A stretch of 64,000 bases of DNA from an uncultured Alteromonas sp. (GTDB taxonomy: Bacteria > Pseudomonadota > Gammaproteobacteria > Enterobacterales > Alteromonadaceae), in the NCBI GenBank assembly GCA_964454185.1, contig CAYVST010000003.1:2961-66960 (forward strand). The letters run 5' to 3'. The notes under the pieces were generated by a model. The model was not told the origin of the DNA. It ran no database searches and saw only the letters and a list, made by a program, of their open reading frames with translations. The translations under genes and the position numbers were made by a program. Shown in pieces: positions 30,497 to 41,305 of the stretch (its first letter is position 1; each line of letters starts with the position of its first letter).

Positions 30497-30525
30497 TATT
30501 TATCCTATGAAAAGCGTGTTCTGCT

Positions 30526-30975
30526 CTAATCGCCTAGTCGCGCTATTTCTTCTCCAAATTCTCGGATATCTTCAAAGGAGCGGTATACTGATGCAAAACG
30601 CACATAAGCCACTTTATCTAGCTCTTTGAGCGCTTTCATGATCAAATTCCCGAGCAATTCACTTTCCACTTCTCGCTCGCCGGTAGCGCGAAGTTCTGAT
30701 TTTAGTGAAAGAATGCACTGTTCGACTTTTTCAGTACTAACAGGGCGTTTTTCAAGTGCTCGTTGAAGCCCAGCACGCAACTTATCTTCGTTGAAGGGCT
30801 CACGTGAACCATCGCGTTTGATAACGCGAGGCATGACCAGTTCGGCACTCTCAAACGTGGTAAAGCGTTCATGACAAACGTTGCATTCGCGACGCCTACG
30901 CACTTGATGCCCTTCCGCCACAAGGCGTGAATCAATCACTTTCGTTTCTTGCGCTGAGCAAAAGGGGCAAAACAT
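30526..30975 (-). CDS. nrdR: Transcriptional regulator NrdR
   Basis: CPFC...RRRREC zinc ribbon, ATP cone, AYVRFASVY. Confidence 0.98.
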   Translation of the reverse strand: MFCPFCSAQETKVIDSRLVAEGHQVRRRRECNVCHERFTTFESAELVMPRVIKRDGSREPFNEDKLRAGLQRALEKRPVSTEKVEQCILSLKSELRATGEREVESELLGNLIMKALKELDKVAYVRFASVYRSFEDIREFGEEIARLGD

Positions 30976-31063
30976 AGAATTTCCTTAACAATTGCGTACT
31001 TAGGTAATGATTTAAGACAATCCTGCATTACTACCAAAGTACGCAATAAAAGACAAACCTATT

Positions 31064-32320
31064 TTATTTGTAAACAGGGAATTGAGAGCAAAGTGTAACC
31101 ACTTCGTCTTGAACTCGTTTGATAACAGACTCATCACCCATGTTATCAAGAATATCACAAATCCACGTTGCCACTTGCTTCGCTTGTTCTTCTTGGAAAC
31201 CACGACGAGTAATTGCCGGGCTACCAATACGAAGGCCGCTTGTTACAAATGGTGAACGAGGGTCGTTTGGCACTGAGTTTTTGTTTACGGTAATGTTCGC
31301 GGCACCTAACGCCGCATCAGCGTCTTTACCTGTAATATCCTTGTCAATCAAATCAAGAAGGAACAAGTGGTTGTCTGTACCACCAGAAACAATCTTGTAT
31401 CCACGCTCAATCATAACTGAAACCATCGCTTTGGCGTTGGCAACAACTTGCTGCTGGTAAACCTTAAATTCAGGCTGAAGTGCTTCTTTGAATGCTACCG
31501 CTTTAGCAGCAATAACGTGGCAAAGTGGACCACCTTGATTGCCTGGGAACACCGAACTGTTTAGCTTTTTGTAGATGCTCTCATCGCCACATGCAGAAAG
31601 AATTAGTCCACTACGAGGACCCGCTAGCGTTTTGTGAGTAGTTGTTGTTACAACATGCGCATGAGGAAGCGGGTTAGGATAAACACCGGCCGCAACCAAA
31701 CCCGCAACGTGTGCCATATCAACAAGAAGGAAAGCACCCACACTATCGGCAATTTCGCGGAATTTAGCCCAATCTACAACGCCTGAATAAGCAGAAAAAC
31801 CACCGATTATCATCTTAGGCTTGTGCTCTTTTGCTAGCGCTTCCACCTGCGCATAGTCAATCTCACCGGTTTCATTGTTTAAGCCGTACTGAACCGCATT
31901 GTACGTCTTACCAGAGAAGTTAACGTGAGAACCGTGTGTAAGGTGACCACCTTCTGATAGGCTCATACCTAAAACCGTGTCGCCTGCATCAAGAAGCGCC
32001 ATGAATACCGCTGAGTTCGCCTGAGAACCTGCGTGCGGCTGAACGTTGGCATATTCTGCACCAAAAAGCGCTTTAGCACGGTCAATTGCCAACTGCTCGA
32101 CAACATCAACGTGCTCACAACCGCCATAGTAGCGCTTGCCCGGATAACCTTCTGCATACTTGTTAGTCAACTGTGAACCCTGCGCTTCCATCACACGCGG
32201 GCTACAGTAGTTTTCAGAGGCAATCAACTCAATGTGATGTTCTTGACGCTCTACCTCTTTTGCCATTGCACTGGCCAATTCAGGATCAAAGTCAGCTATG
32301 TTCATTTCGCGAGAAAACAT
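31064..32320 (-). CDS. glyA: Serine hydroxymethyltransferase
   Basis: [21 protein letters not shown] (PLP lysine). Confidence 0.98.
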   Translation of the reverse strand: MFSREMNIADFDPELASAMAKEVERQEHHIELIASENYCSPRVMEAQGSQLTNKYAEGYPGKRYYGGCEHVDVVEQLAIDRAKALFGAEYANVQPHAGSQANSAVFMALLDAGDTVLGMSLSEGGHLTHGSHVNFSGKTYNAVQYGLNNETGEIDYAQVEALAKEHKPKMIIGGFSAYSGVVDWAKFREIADSVGAFLLVDMAHVAGLVAAGVYPNPLPHAHVVTTTTHKTLAGPRSGLILSACGDESIYKKLNSSVFPGNQGGPLCHVIAAKAVAFKEALQPEFKVYQQQVVANAKAMVSVMIERGYKIVSGGTDNHLFLLDLIDKDITGKDADAALGAANITVNKNSVPNDPRSPFVTSGLRIGSPAITRRGFQEEQAKQVATWICDILDNMGDESVIKRVQDEVVTLCSQFPVYK

Positions 32321-32360
32321 GGGGGCTCCTTAACTGCGGTTTTTATGTGGCGTAAAAATA

Positions 32361-32415
32361 ATACCAATCTGCATAAGTCACTGCGGTCTTGCCAATTGCC
32401 TATGCAGGTCAGTAT
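32361..32415 (-). promoter_or_regulatory. Long hairpin in the glyA 5' leader (candidate cis-regulatory RNA)
   Basis: ATACTGACCTGCATAGG pairs with CTTATGCAGATTGGTAT (16 of 17 positions, 3 G-U) downstream of a TAGAAT -10 at 32444-32449. Confidence 0.5.
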
Positions 32416-32498
32416 CTGCGCTACTAGCTCAATTTGAGGCCATATTCTAGCCATTTTCAGCCGCGTGTATACCGCTTTGTGACGAAATTAATACAAAT

Positions 32499-32526
32499 GG
32501 CGTAGGTTTAACATTACCCCTACGCC
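32499..32526 (-). terminator. Hairpin downstream of lpxD
   Basis: GGCGTAGG...CCTACGCC followed by a T-rich tract on the minus strand. Confidence 0.5.
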
Positions 32527-32535
32527 GTAATACGC

Positions 32536-33564
32536 TTATTGCTGTTTTTCGAGTGTTTTCACGCGGTCAAAAAGAGAGCCTATTTTCTGGAGGCGTACTG
32601 TATTTTTGCGCCATTCTCGGTTGGTTTGAGCAGGCTGGCCGGAAGAGTATACGCCGGGTTCGGTAATGTCTTGTACAATCATGGTGTAACCAGTAACTTG
32701 AACGTTATCACAAATACTGATGTGTCCATTGATTCCCACACCTCCGCCAATAATAACGTGTTTCCCGATGTGACAACTTCCTGCAATCCCTGTTGCGCCG
32801 CAGATACACGAATGATCGCCAATAACACAGTTGTGTCCAATCTGTACTTGGTTGTCGATTATAACGTTCGTACCCAATATCGTGTCTTCCATTGCGCCAC
32901 GGTCAATACTGCTGCTAGCACCTATTTGGCTGTCATCTCCAATACGCACAGAGCCTGTTTGTGGTATCGGTAACCAAACGCCTTTATCGTTCGCATAACC
33001 AAACCCTGCAGCACCGATAACAGTTTGACTATGAACTGTCACACGTTTACCTATCACTACGTCATGGTAAATAGTCACGTTTGGATGAATGACTGATTCT
33101 TGACCGATGTGCGTGCCTTTTCGGATTACCGTATTTGCTCCGATTGTCACCCGATCGCCAAGGACAACATTATCTTCAATGATAACGTTATGGCCCAAAG
33201 ACACATCACTACCAATTCGAGCAGATGGCGCAATAATGGCCGAATCTGCAATGCCATTTGCAACAACTGGCGTCGTATCAAAAAGCTGCGCAATGCGCGC
33301 GAATGCAGCGTGCGGATTGGCAACAACCAGCGCAGGCACGGGGCTATCATTTTTTAAGCTTTCATGAAGAATAACAGCGCCTGCTTTGGTATCTTTTAAT
33401 TGTGGCTTGTACTTTGGGTTGGTAAGAAAAGAAATCTGGTGTTCAGTTGAACCAGCAAGGGTTCCAACCGCAGAGATAACAATACTGCCCTCTCCTTGAA
33501 CTTCACCACCAACATGGCTGGCAAGTTCTTCCAAACTGTATGTGCGTTTATTCATAGCAGTCAT
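32536..33564 (-). CDS. lpxD: UDP-3-O-acyl-glucosamine N-acyltransferase LpxD
   Basis: ISFLTNPKY, hexapeptide repeats, GFGYA, IDRGA, IDNQVQIGHN. Confidence 0.95.
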   Translation of the reverse strand: MTAMNKRTYSLEELASHVGGEVQGEGSIVISAVGTLAGSTEHQISFLTNPKYKPQLKDTKAGAVILHESLKNDSPVPALVVANPHAAFARIAQLFDTTPVVANGIADSAIIAPSARIGSDVSLGHNVIIEDNVVLGDRVTIGANTVIRKGTHIGQESVIHPNVTIYHDVVIGKRVTVHSQTVIGAAGFGYANDKGVWLPIPQTGSVRIGDDSQIGASSSIDRGAMEDTILGTNVIIDNQVQIGHNCVIGDHSCICGATGIAGSCHIGKHVIIGGGVGINGHISICDNVQVTGYTMIVQDITEPGVYSSGQPAQTNREWRKNTVRLQKIGSLFDRVKTLEKQQ

Positions 33565-33900
33565 GCGATGTACCTGTTCGGATATTGACTTAACATATTA
33601 TGCATGTCCGGGAGCGTCTAACTGCACCCTTGGCAAACATACACCATCTTATGGTGAGTAAGTTTACATTAATTCGCCAGCGACACCGATGTTTTAATCA
33701 GACATTTAAACGTAAGTGCTCAAAATTACGGCAAGAATACGGAGAAATGGCGCTTGGCTCTGGCGCAAACTATAGTGTTACGAGTAGAATATACGACCAC
33801 CATTTTTGAATCGTATACGTGTGCTGTAGCGAAACCGTATAACGATGTTGTAAATTTACGAACCCTTATTTTTAATTCCGCTTTCTAGCGAGGACTGAGC

Positions 33901-35568
33901 ATGGCTCAATACGTATATAGTATGCATCGCGTGGGCAAAATTGTTCCACCGAACCGACATATTCTGAAGAATATTTCACTTAGTTTTTTCCCGGGAGCCA
34001 AAATTGGTGTTCTCGGTCTAAACGGTGCGGGTAAATCAACATTGCTTCGCATTATGGCGGGTGTTGACACTGACATCGAGGGTGAAGCACGCCCGCAACC
34101 GGGCCTAAAAGTGGGTTACCTCCCGCAGGAACCACAGCTTGATGAGACAAAAGATGTTCGCGGTAATATCGAAGAGGCTGTTGCTGATGTTAAGCATGCG
34201 CTCACTCGCCTTGATGAGGTTTACGCCGCTTATGCCGATCCCGAAGCAGATTTTGACGCACTTGCAAAAGAGCAAGGTGAACTTGAAGCGATTATTCAAT
34301 CGAAAGATGGTCACAACCTTGAGAACGCCCTAGAGCGTGCCGCAGACGCACTGCGCCTTCCACCATGGGATGCAGATGTAAGCAAGCTATCGGGGGGTGA
34401 ACGCCGCCGTGTTGCGCTATGTCGTCTATTGCTTGAAAAGCCTGAGATGCTTCTTCTCGACGAACCAACCAACCACTTGGATGCAGAGTCGGTGGCATGG
34501 CTAGAGCGTTTCTTACACGACTATGAAGGGACTGTGGTGGCTATTACCCACGATAGATACTTCTTGGACAACGTAGCAGGCTGGATCCTCGAACTTGACC
34601 GCGGTGAAGGTATTCCGTGGGAAGGTAATTACTCTTCTTGGTTAGAACAGAAAGAGAATCGTCTTCAGCAGGAAGAACGTGCTGAAACAGCGCGAATGAA
34701 GAGCATGAAGCAAGAGCTTGAATGGGTGCGCTCTAATCCAAAAGGCCGTCATGCAAAAAGTAAAGCGCGTATGGCTCGATTTGAAGAACTATCTACCAGT
34801 GATTATCAGAAACGAAATGAAACCAATGAGTTGTTTATTCCACCAGGCGAGCGCCTAGGGGATAAAGTTATTGAGGTATCAAACCTTAAAAAATCGTACG
34901 GAGACCGCGTACTCATTGATGACTTATCGTTCAATGTGCCCAAAGGCGCTATTGTTGGTATCGTCGGACCCAACGGCGCCGGTAAATCAACCTTATTTAG
35001 AATGTTAACGAATGCAGAGCAACCTGATTCTGGGAACATCGATTTAGGTGATACCGTTCAAATTGCGGCTGTTGAACAGTTCCGCGACCACATGAACGAA
35101 AACAATACGGTCTGGAAAGAAATCTCTGACGATTCCGACATTATCCGCATTGGTAACTTTGAAATTAACAGCCGCGCTTACTGCAGCAGATTCAATTTTA
35201 AAGGTACTGATCAGCAAAAATTCATCAAAGATCTTTCTGGTGGTGAGCGAAACCGTGTACATTTGGCCAAACTGCTTAAAGCCGGTGGTAACGTGTTGCT
35301 GCTGGATGAGCCAACCAATGACTTGGATGTTGAAACCCTTCGTGCTCTTGAAAATGCACTGTTGGAATTCCCGGGTTGTGCCATGGTTATTTCGCACGAC
35401 CGTTGGTTCTTAGACCGTGTAGCAACCCACATCATGGACTACCGAGATGAAGGTAGTATCAACTTCTTCGAGGGCAACTACTCTGATTACGAGAGCTGGT
35501 TGAAAAAAGAATTTGGACAGGATGTCGTTGAGCCACATCGCCTGAAGTATAAGCGCATGTCAAAATAG
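33901..35568 (+). CDS. ettA: Energy-dependent translational throttle protein EttA
   Basis: 555-aa ABC-F protein; SLSFFPGAKIG, two ABC cassettes. Confidence 0.97.
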   Translation: MAQYVYSMHRVGKIVPPNRHILKNISLSFFPGAKIGVLGLNGAGKSTLLRIMAGVDTDIEGEARPQPGLKVGYLPQEPQLDETKDVRGNIEEAVADVKHALTRLDEVYAAYADPEADFDALAKEQGELEAIIQSKDGHNLENALERAADALRLPPWDADVSKLSGGERRRVALCRLLLEKPEMLLLDEPTNHLDAESVAWLERFLHDYEGTVVAITHDRYFLDNVAGWILELDRGEGIPWEGNYSSWLEQKENRLQQEERAETARMKSMKQELEWVRSNPKGRHAKSKARMARFEELSTSDYQKRNETNELFIPPGERLGDKVIEVSNLKKSYGDRVLIDDLSFNVPKGAIVGIVGPNGAGKSTLFRMLTNAEQPDSGNIDLGDTVQIAAVEQFRDHMNENNTVWKEISDDSDIIRIGNFEINSRAYCSRFNFKGTDQQKFIKDLSGGERNRVHLAKLLKAGGNVLLLDEPTNDLDVETLRALENALLEFPGCAMVISHDRWFLDRVATHIMDYRDEGSINFFEGNYSDYESWLKKEFGQDVVEPHRLKYKRMSK

Positions 35569-35603
35569 GTTTGATGGTGCGCTAGCACCATATATAACCG
35601 ACA

Positions 35604-35637
35604 AATAAAAGCCCTCATCACCGAGGGCTTTTTTATT
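35604..35637 (+). terminator. Intrinsic terminator after ettA
   Basis: AAAAGCCCTC-ATCACC-GAGGGCTTTTTT. Confidence 0.85.
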
Positions 35638-35694
35638 GCTAACTGCCTATATTTGGCTAATACTGAGCATAGGTAGAGTAAAAGGTAGTAGCGC

Positions 35695-36102
35695 ATGACC
35701 GACAAACGCCAATTCCAGCGAGTTCCATTGAACGTAAGTGGTAAGCTTGCCCATGGTGACATTGAGATTGACGTTGTAGTCAGCGATGTTTCACTTCAAG
35801 GAATCAAACTTCAAGCACAAGAACATGCCCTATCTACTCTGCCTTTCGATAGCCATGAACCTTACGTCGCTCAGTTTCAGGCTAATGATGACAGCCCGCT
35901 TATTTCATTATATATATCGCAACTCTATAGGCATTCAGACAGCCGAAAAGACGCGGTATCATTAGGGTGCAAGGTCGAAAGAATGGACGTGGAATGCGTA
36001 AGTGCACTTCGCCGTCTTATTGCCCTGAATAGTGAAGACACTACTATTGATGAAAAAGACCTTAATGCGCTGGTGAATGCGGTTTATCAGGCTTATCAAT
36101 AA
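35695..36102 (+). CDS. Single PilZ-domain protein
   Basis: RQFQR (RxxxR) and DVSLQG (DxSxxG); LRRLI near the C-terminus. Confidence 0.85.
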   Translation: MTDKRQFQRVPLNVSGKLAHGDIEIDVVVSDVSLQGIKLQAQEHALSTLPFDSHEPYVAQFQANDDSPLISLYISQLYRHSDSRKDAVSLGCKVERMDVECVSALRRLIALNSEDTTIDEKDLNALVNAVYQAYQ

Positions 36103-36121
36103 ACCGCTTCACGGGCAGCGT

Positions 36122-37489
36122 TTACTCTAACGCGTCTAGCGCTTCTGAAAGCCTTGCTACTGGAATAACCTTCATGCCGTTTACAGATTGTTTGGGGGCA
36201 TTGGCTTTAGGAACAATGGCGCGCTTAAATCCATGTTTCGCGGCTTCTATAATACGTTCTGTTCCATTTGGTACGGGCCTAATCTCTCCTGCTAACCCCA
36301 CTTCGCCGAACACAATCAAATCACGTGGCAGTGGACGATTTCGAAAACTGGAAATCATAGCAAGTAACAACGCCAGATCGGCACCGGTTTCAGCTACACG
36401 TACGCCCCCAACAACATTAACAAACACATCTTGGTCGTTCATCTGAACGTTTCCATGTCGATGTAAAACGGCAAGTAACATAGATAGTCGGTTCTGATCG
36501 AGCCCCACGGCAATTCGCCTAGGATTAGACATTTGAGAATAGTCGACGAGTGCTTGTATTTCTACCAACAACGGACGGGTTCCTTCCCATATAACCATGA
36601 CACTAGATCCGGGCGTTTCGTTGTCGCCGCGACTTAGAAATATTGCAGAAGGATTGCTGACTTCTTTTAGCCCTTTCTCTGTCATTGCAAAGACGCCCAA
36701 CTCATTAACTGCCCCAAAGCGATTTTTATGGCTGCGTAGCGTCCGGTAACGGCCATCACTTTCGCCTTCTAGCATCATAGAGCTGTCAATACAATGCTCT
36801 AGCACTTTGGGTCCGGCCAGGTTTCCATCTTTGGTAACATGGCCCACAATAAACATTGCAATATGGTTTTGCTTTGCAAAGCGGGTTAAATAAGCAGCAC
36901 TTTCTCTTACTTGACTTACACTGCCCGGCGCAGACTGTACATCTGATACATGCATGACTTGAATAGAGTCAATAACCATAATCTTAGGTTTTCTCGTCAG
37001 CGCTAGATCGCATATGGTTTCCACGTTAGTTTCTGCCAACATTAAAAGCTTATCATCGGGCAGGTTTAAACGCTTTGCACGCATAGCGACCTGTTGCAGT
37101 GATTCTTCACCCGTCACGTAAAGTGCGCTTTCTGTTTGAGCCATCTGACACATAACTTGCAAAAGCAAAGTACTTTTTCCTGCTCCAGGAGAACCGCCAA
37201 TCAACATTGCGGCACCAGGTACAATTCCGCCGCCAAGCACCCGGTCAAGTTCCTTAAAACTCGAGCTGAATCTTGGCAGTGATTCTAAATCAATGGCATT
37301 TAGCGTTTCTATTTTCGCGGTGGTCTGGCCGGCATAACCTGACGTAGACTGGCGTGTGGAAGTCTTGGCACTTGCTACAACAAACTCACTTATTGTGTTC
37401 CACGCTTTGCACTCTGAGCATTGCCCTTGCCAACGCGGGAATTCTGCACCACAGTCAGAGCATACATAGGCAGTTTTACGTTTTGCCAT
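36122..37489 (-). CDS. radA: DNA repair protein RadA/Sms
   Basis: C4 zinc finger, GSPGAGKST, KNRFG. Confidence 0.98.
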   Translation of the reverse strand: MAKRKTAYVCSDCGAEFPRWQGQCSECKAWNTISEFVVASAKTSTRQSTSGYAGQTTAKIETLNAIDLESLPRFSSSFKELDRVLGGGIVPGAAMLIGGSPGAGKSTLLLQVMCQMAQTESALYVTGEESLQQVAMRAKRLNLPDDKLLMLAETNVETICDLALTRKPKIMVIDSIQVMHVSDVQSAPGSVSQVRESAAYLTRFAKQNHIAMFIVGHVTKDGNLAGPKVLEHCIDSSMMLEGESDGRYRTLRSHKNRFGAVNELGVFAMTEKGLKEVSNPSAIFLSRGDNETPGSSVMVIWEGTRPLLVEIQALVDYSQMSNPRRIAVGLDQNRLSMLLAVLHRHGNVQMNDQDVFVNVVGGVRVAETGADLALLLAMISSFRNRPLPRDLIVFGEVGLAGEIRPVPNGTERIIEAAKHGFKRAIVPKANAPKQSVNGMKVIPVARLSEALDALE

Positions 37490-37680
37490 ATTGGTATTTT
37501 ATCCGTCACACAAAAAGAGTATTCTACCACTAACATCAATAATATAAGTACATCCAAAGCAGACCTTTTTACACGGATTTGTCAATGTAAGGAAAGTGCA
37601 AACCTGTGCGTTTAAAAAACAACGCTCATGTTTTGGCATAATCTAGCGATATGGACTTTAAAGGTCACGTGGTGCCAAAC

Positions 37681-37707
37681 TAATGAGTTTGGACATCTAG
37701 CCGATAA
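37681..37707 (+). promoter_or_regulatory. sigma28 (FliA) promoter
   Basis: TAAT-N15-GCCGATAA (perfect -10) 40 bp upstream of the large PilZ gene. Confidence 0.7.
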
Positions 37708-37747
37708 CAACTAAAATAATGATACTTAAAGACAAAGTTGCGTATTA

Positions 37748-40276
37748 ATGAGTCAAGATTTAAAGCAATATGCTGACATAATAGAACAGCTCAAACCCAT
37801 GGTTAATGAGCCTGAGTTCAATCAGGTATTGCTGCAGATCGCGTCTGATGTTCCCAAAGAAAAGCGATTCCTTATCAAGATGGAAGTGAAGCGCCTCGCT
37901 AAACCTTGCGTGAGAACCATTGATTTACGCGGCCACGTTGACGGCGATTGCAAGAAGTATGTCTATGAAGATCGCACGCATTACATGGATAGTATTGCCG
38001 TTGACAAATTTGAAGAGCAATTACGCGTTTTTGGCCGATATACCTACGGTGTGTACGAGGCCGTACAAAACACCGAAAACAATTTCCGCTTGATACGCGA
38101 GAAGGAGTTAGCACAGGAACGCGCCGACAAAGAAAGCCCCGAAATAAAGAAACGTTCGGCGGTACTAGAACAATTCAAAGTCCCTACGGTTAACTTACTG
38201 GACTACCAACAGCGCAACGCAGAAAGAATGAATTTTGCAGTTGCCGTAGAAATCTTTGATAAGTCAGGTCAATCTGTGAGAGGGCTTAGCGTTGACATTT
38301 CTATGAAGGGCCTTCAGGTCAAGTTATCAAAAGATACATTTTTTCGTAAAGATGAAACGCTTTTTATCTATTTCAGAGGGCTGGAAAATGAGTTTGCTCT
38401 TGATAAAAAGAATGGCATTGCCTATAAGCTCGTAAAAGTTAGCACGAAAAACGATGTTAATTACCTCGCCCTTCAACGAGATAAAGATTACCCCAATGCC
38501 GCATTTGACAAGTTCTTAGATAATTTTATTACTGGTAATAAGCGTCGCTATAAAGTCAACATGACCAATACGCTTGATGCCATTAAAAGTAAGATTTGCG
38601 AGCAATATTTCTCACCACGAAGCCCTACTCTTCCTGTCTTCATTGATGTGATAAACGGGACACTGGTTCCTCGTTTTGCCATGATGAACGAAGTAAACAG
38701 GGAAACAATTCAATATTGGCAAGATGAACAAGACACCTGTCGTTTAAACTTTTTGCTTACGCAGGAACGGTTAACCCGTTTGCTTAACAAGTCTGACGAA
38801 GTCCGGGAGATTTTTGTCTTCAGCTTCACGCATTTTCAAAATGAAAAAGTGTACTTCTACTCTGCTTCGTATGAAGAGTTACTGCAAAAAGAAGTATTAA
38901 AGCGTGTGTTTCTTGGCTTTGGTTCAAAGAAAGCGAGTTGGCGCGTTTTTAAGGTAACGCTAACAGATATGACGCCCGAGCAAGCTCATATTCCGCTATC
39001 CATCCCTGATTCGGTTGGCAATAAAGTTAAGAAATTAAATACACCACCATCGGCGCGGCTCATGTCGCGTTTGAAGAACTTACGCTATTTGGCACATGTC
39101 ACTGATGTTACCTCTGTTACTGGGCAAGAAACGTATAATGAGTTTAAGTTCAACCGTGATAACTTAACGCACCTTCGCAATTTTGGACACCCTCGAAATA
39201 GAGCAGCCTCTAATATTCAAATTGTCCGCTTTAAATATGAAGAGCAGCGTATTGAAAGCCGATATCAGTTGAGAACCCAGATAGAAGCGCGTTTCAACAA
39301 CGAAGACATGGTTCATAGAGGGATCAGCGAAGATATTTCTGTGCATGGTCTGGGTCTTCGAATTGAATTGAGTAAAGAATACAAGGGCTCTTTGGAAGGC
39401 AGAGTTGAAGTGGCGTTTCCCAAACTTCAGGAAATAACAACAACCTTTGACGTCATGCATCTTCAATATGACATCATCTACCACAACATTGACAAAAACA
39501 TACTTCACCTCAAAGCAGTTCCTGGAGATGAAGGAAAAAGTGCACGCCTATTCTTTGAAGAACTGATCAAGAAGAACAAGAGCGCTTTAAAGGTCGAATC
39601 TGACGAAGAAGAAGTGGAAGGTATGGGACATGCATTGCGTTGTATTAATGCACGCAATGCAACGTCACTCTCATTCTTATTAAACAAAGAAGGAATTCGG
39701 TATACACCTCAAGCCTGTATGATAGGAAAACAGGATGAGCGAGTGACGACGTTAACCACACAGTTCGCCGAAACCGGAAAAGTAAATCTAGAGTTTTTCT
39801 TCCGCGACAGAAAACAAGAATCCCCCTTTGTACAAAGCGGCATAAAGGCCGTCAAATTGGAGAATATGCCGTTAAGGCAAGAGCTTTTTATATCATTTGA
39901 TGTATCTCAGAAAGACTCGCGTATGGCTATTATTCCTCGTTACTCTCACAAGTTTGAGGACAACGAACAACGACGAGCCTTTATCAAAGAAGCCATGACT
40001 CGCGGTCAATTTATTGCTATTCATGTCATGCTGACTACCACTGGCAAGCCAGATATGACCATGCTTCAAACTGAGATCAACTATGTCACCATGTACGCTA
40101 TGCACAGAGCCCGTGACTTAGAAAAACAAATGTGGAGTATAGCAGCGTGTTCGCATCTTATTGATGTCACTGATGAGGTGCTTATACGCTATGGCTTTAG
40201 CATCGAAGATGTTACTGCCAACAAAACACTAAAAAGCGGTCAGTCTTCATCTTCAATGCTGCTTAATCAAGCATAG
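37748..40276 (+). CDS. Large protein with two PilZ domains
   Basis: RNAER/DISMKG and RIESR/DISVHG motif pairs; radA-serB neighbourhood. Confidence 0.82.
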   Translation: MSQDLKQYADIIEQLKPMVNEPEFNQVLLQIASDVPKEKRFLIKMEVKRLAKPCVRTIDLRGHVDGDCKKYVYEDRTHYMDSIAVDKFEEQLRVFGRYTYGVYEAVQNTENNFRLIREKELAQERADKESPEIKKRSAVLEQFKVPTVNLLDYQQRNAERMNFAVAVEIFDKSGQSVRGLSVDISMKGLQVKLSKDTFFRKDETLFIYFRGLENEFALDKKNGIAYKLVKVSTKNDVNYLALQRDKDYPNAAFDKFLDNFITGNKRRYKVNMTNTLDAIKSKICEQYFSPRSPTLPVFIDVINGTLVPRFAMMNEVNRETIQYWQDEQDTCRLNFLLTQERLTRLLNKSDEVREIFVFSFTHFQNEKVYFYSASYEELLQKEVLKRVFLGFGSKKASWRVFKVTLTDMTPEQAHIPLSIPDSVGNKVKKLNTPPSARLMSRLKNLRYLAHVTDVTSVTGQETYNEFKFNRDNLTHLRNFGHPRNRAASNIQIVRFKYEEQRIESRYQLRTQIEARFNNEDMVHRGISEDISVHGLGLRIELSKEYKGSLEGRVEVAFPKLQEITTTFDVMHLQYDIIYHNIDKNILHLKAVPGDEGKSARLFFEELIKKNKSALKVESDEEEVEGMGHALRCINARNATSLSFLLNKEGIRYTPQACMIGKQDERVTTLTTQFAETGKVNLEFFFRDRKQESPFVQSGIKAVKLENMPLRQELFISFDVSQKDSRMAIIPRYSHKFEDNEQRRAFIKEAMTRGQFIAIHVMLTTTGKPDMTMLQTEINYVTMYAMHRARDLEKQMWSIAACSHLIDVTDEVLIRYGFSIEDVTANKTLKSGQSSSSMLLNQA

Positions 40277-40300
40277 CAAGTAAACCGTCAGCGCCTTTCG

Positions 40301-41305
40301 TTAGCTGGCGTTTGTTGAATCTAAGAAATACAACAGGCTATGCAAACTACCAATACGAATAGCGACGTCCGCTTTTTCATTGACTAAAGGCTTTCCATGA
40401 CAGGCAACACCAAGGGCCGATTCTGCCATCATAACTAGGTCGTTGGCGCCGTCTCCCATAGCTACAGTCTGTGTGTTGGGTATATCCCACTTTTCAGCCA
40501 GTGCGTTAACCGTACGCGCTTTTACATCAGCATTAACGATTTCACCAATCACTCTACCGTCAAGCTTTCCATCATCGATGCTAAGCGTATTGGAAATGGC
40601 ATAGTCTAAGCCCAATCTTTCTTTCAAATAGTCAGCAAAATACGTAAAACCACCCGAGGCGATGGCGAGCTTCCAATGATACTTTTTCAGCGTGCTGAGC
40701 AACGTCTGAATCCCCGGCATCAATGGAATGCTATCGCGAATTTTAGAAAGATGCGCAACCGGCACATTTTCAAGACACGCTACGCGATGTATTAGACTAT
40801 CGTTAAACGCTATTTCGCCGCGCATAGCCTTAGCGGTCACCTCGGCAACTTTATCACCGACGTCGGCCAGTTTGGCAATTTCATCTATGCACTCAATCGC
40901 AATTACTGTACTGTCCATATCCATTACCAGAAGCCCCGGCTCATCTAATGTTGGTCTCTCACCTTGCAGTCCCACATCCACATTAAATGTCGCTGAAATT
41001 TCACCAAACAGCGTATTAAGCGCATTTGAGGCCGTCTTTTCAATATGTCCTCTGATCTCTACAACATCATCGCCAAACTGCTGATGAAACGCGTGAAATG
41101 CCATGCTCAATGGTGTGAAGCTCCCTTCTAACTTCGCCACAACACTTTTTACGAGATAAGGTGTTAATGCCTGGCCAGCAATGGTAAGTGTATGGGTGAA
41201 TTCGGTGTCGTTGTGCTTAGAGGGAACAAAAGACGAAAGCGCATCAGCACGATGTAATGATTTATCAATTTGAGCGCTCATGAGCGCGTCAATGTTAGAA
41301 TACAC
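40301..41305 (-). CDS. serB: Phosphoserine phosphatase
   Basis: DMDST, ASGGF, GDGAND HAD motifs; start uncertain (41305 or 41281). Confidence 0.95.
   Translation of the reverse strand: MYSNIDALMSAQIDKSLHRADALSSFVPSKHNDTEFTHTLTIAGQALTPYLVKSVVAKLEGSFTPLSMAFHAFHQQFGDDVVEIRGHIEKTASNALNTLFGEISATFNVDVGLQGERPTLDEPGLLVMDMDSTVIAIECIDEIAKLADVGDKVAEVTAKAMRGEIAFNDSLIHRVACLENVPVAHLSKIRDSIPLMPGIQTLLSTLKKYHWKLAIASGGFTYFADYLKERLGLDYAISNTLSIDDGKLDGRVIGEIVNADVKARTVNALAEKWDIPNTQTVAMGDGANDLVMMAESALGVACHGKPLVNEKADVAIRIGSLHSLLYFLDSTNAS

Noticed and set aside
33600-33809. 69-aa intergenic ORF between lpxD and ettA
   Set aside because: No RBS, no motif, and it overlaps the likely promoter region.
37634-37649. TGGCATAATCTAGC as a sigma54 promoter
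   Set aside because: GG-to-GC spacing is N9 instead of N10.
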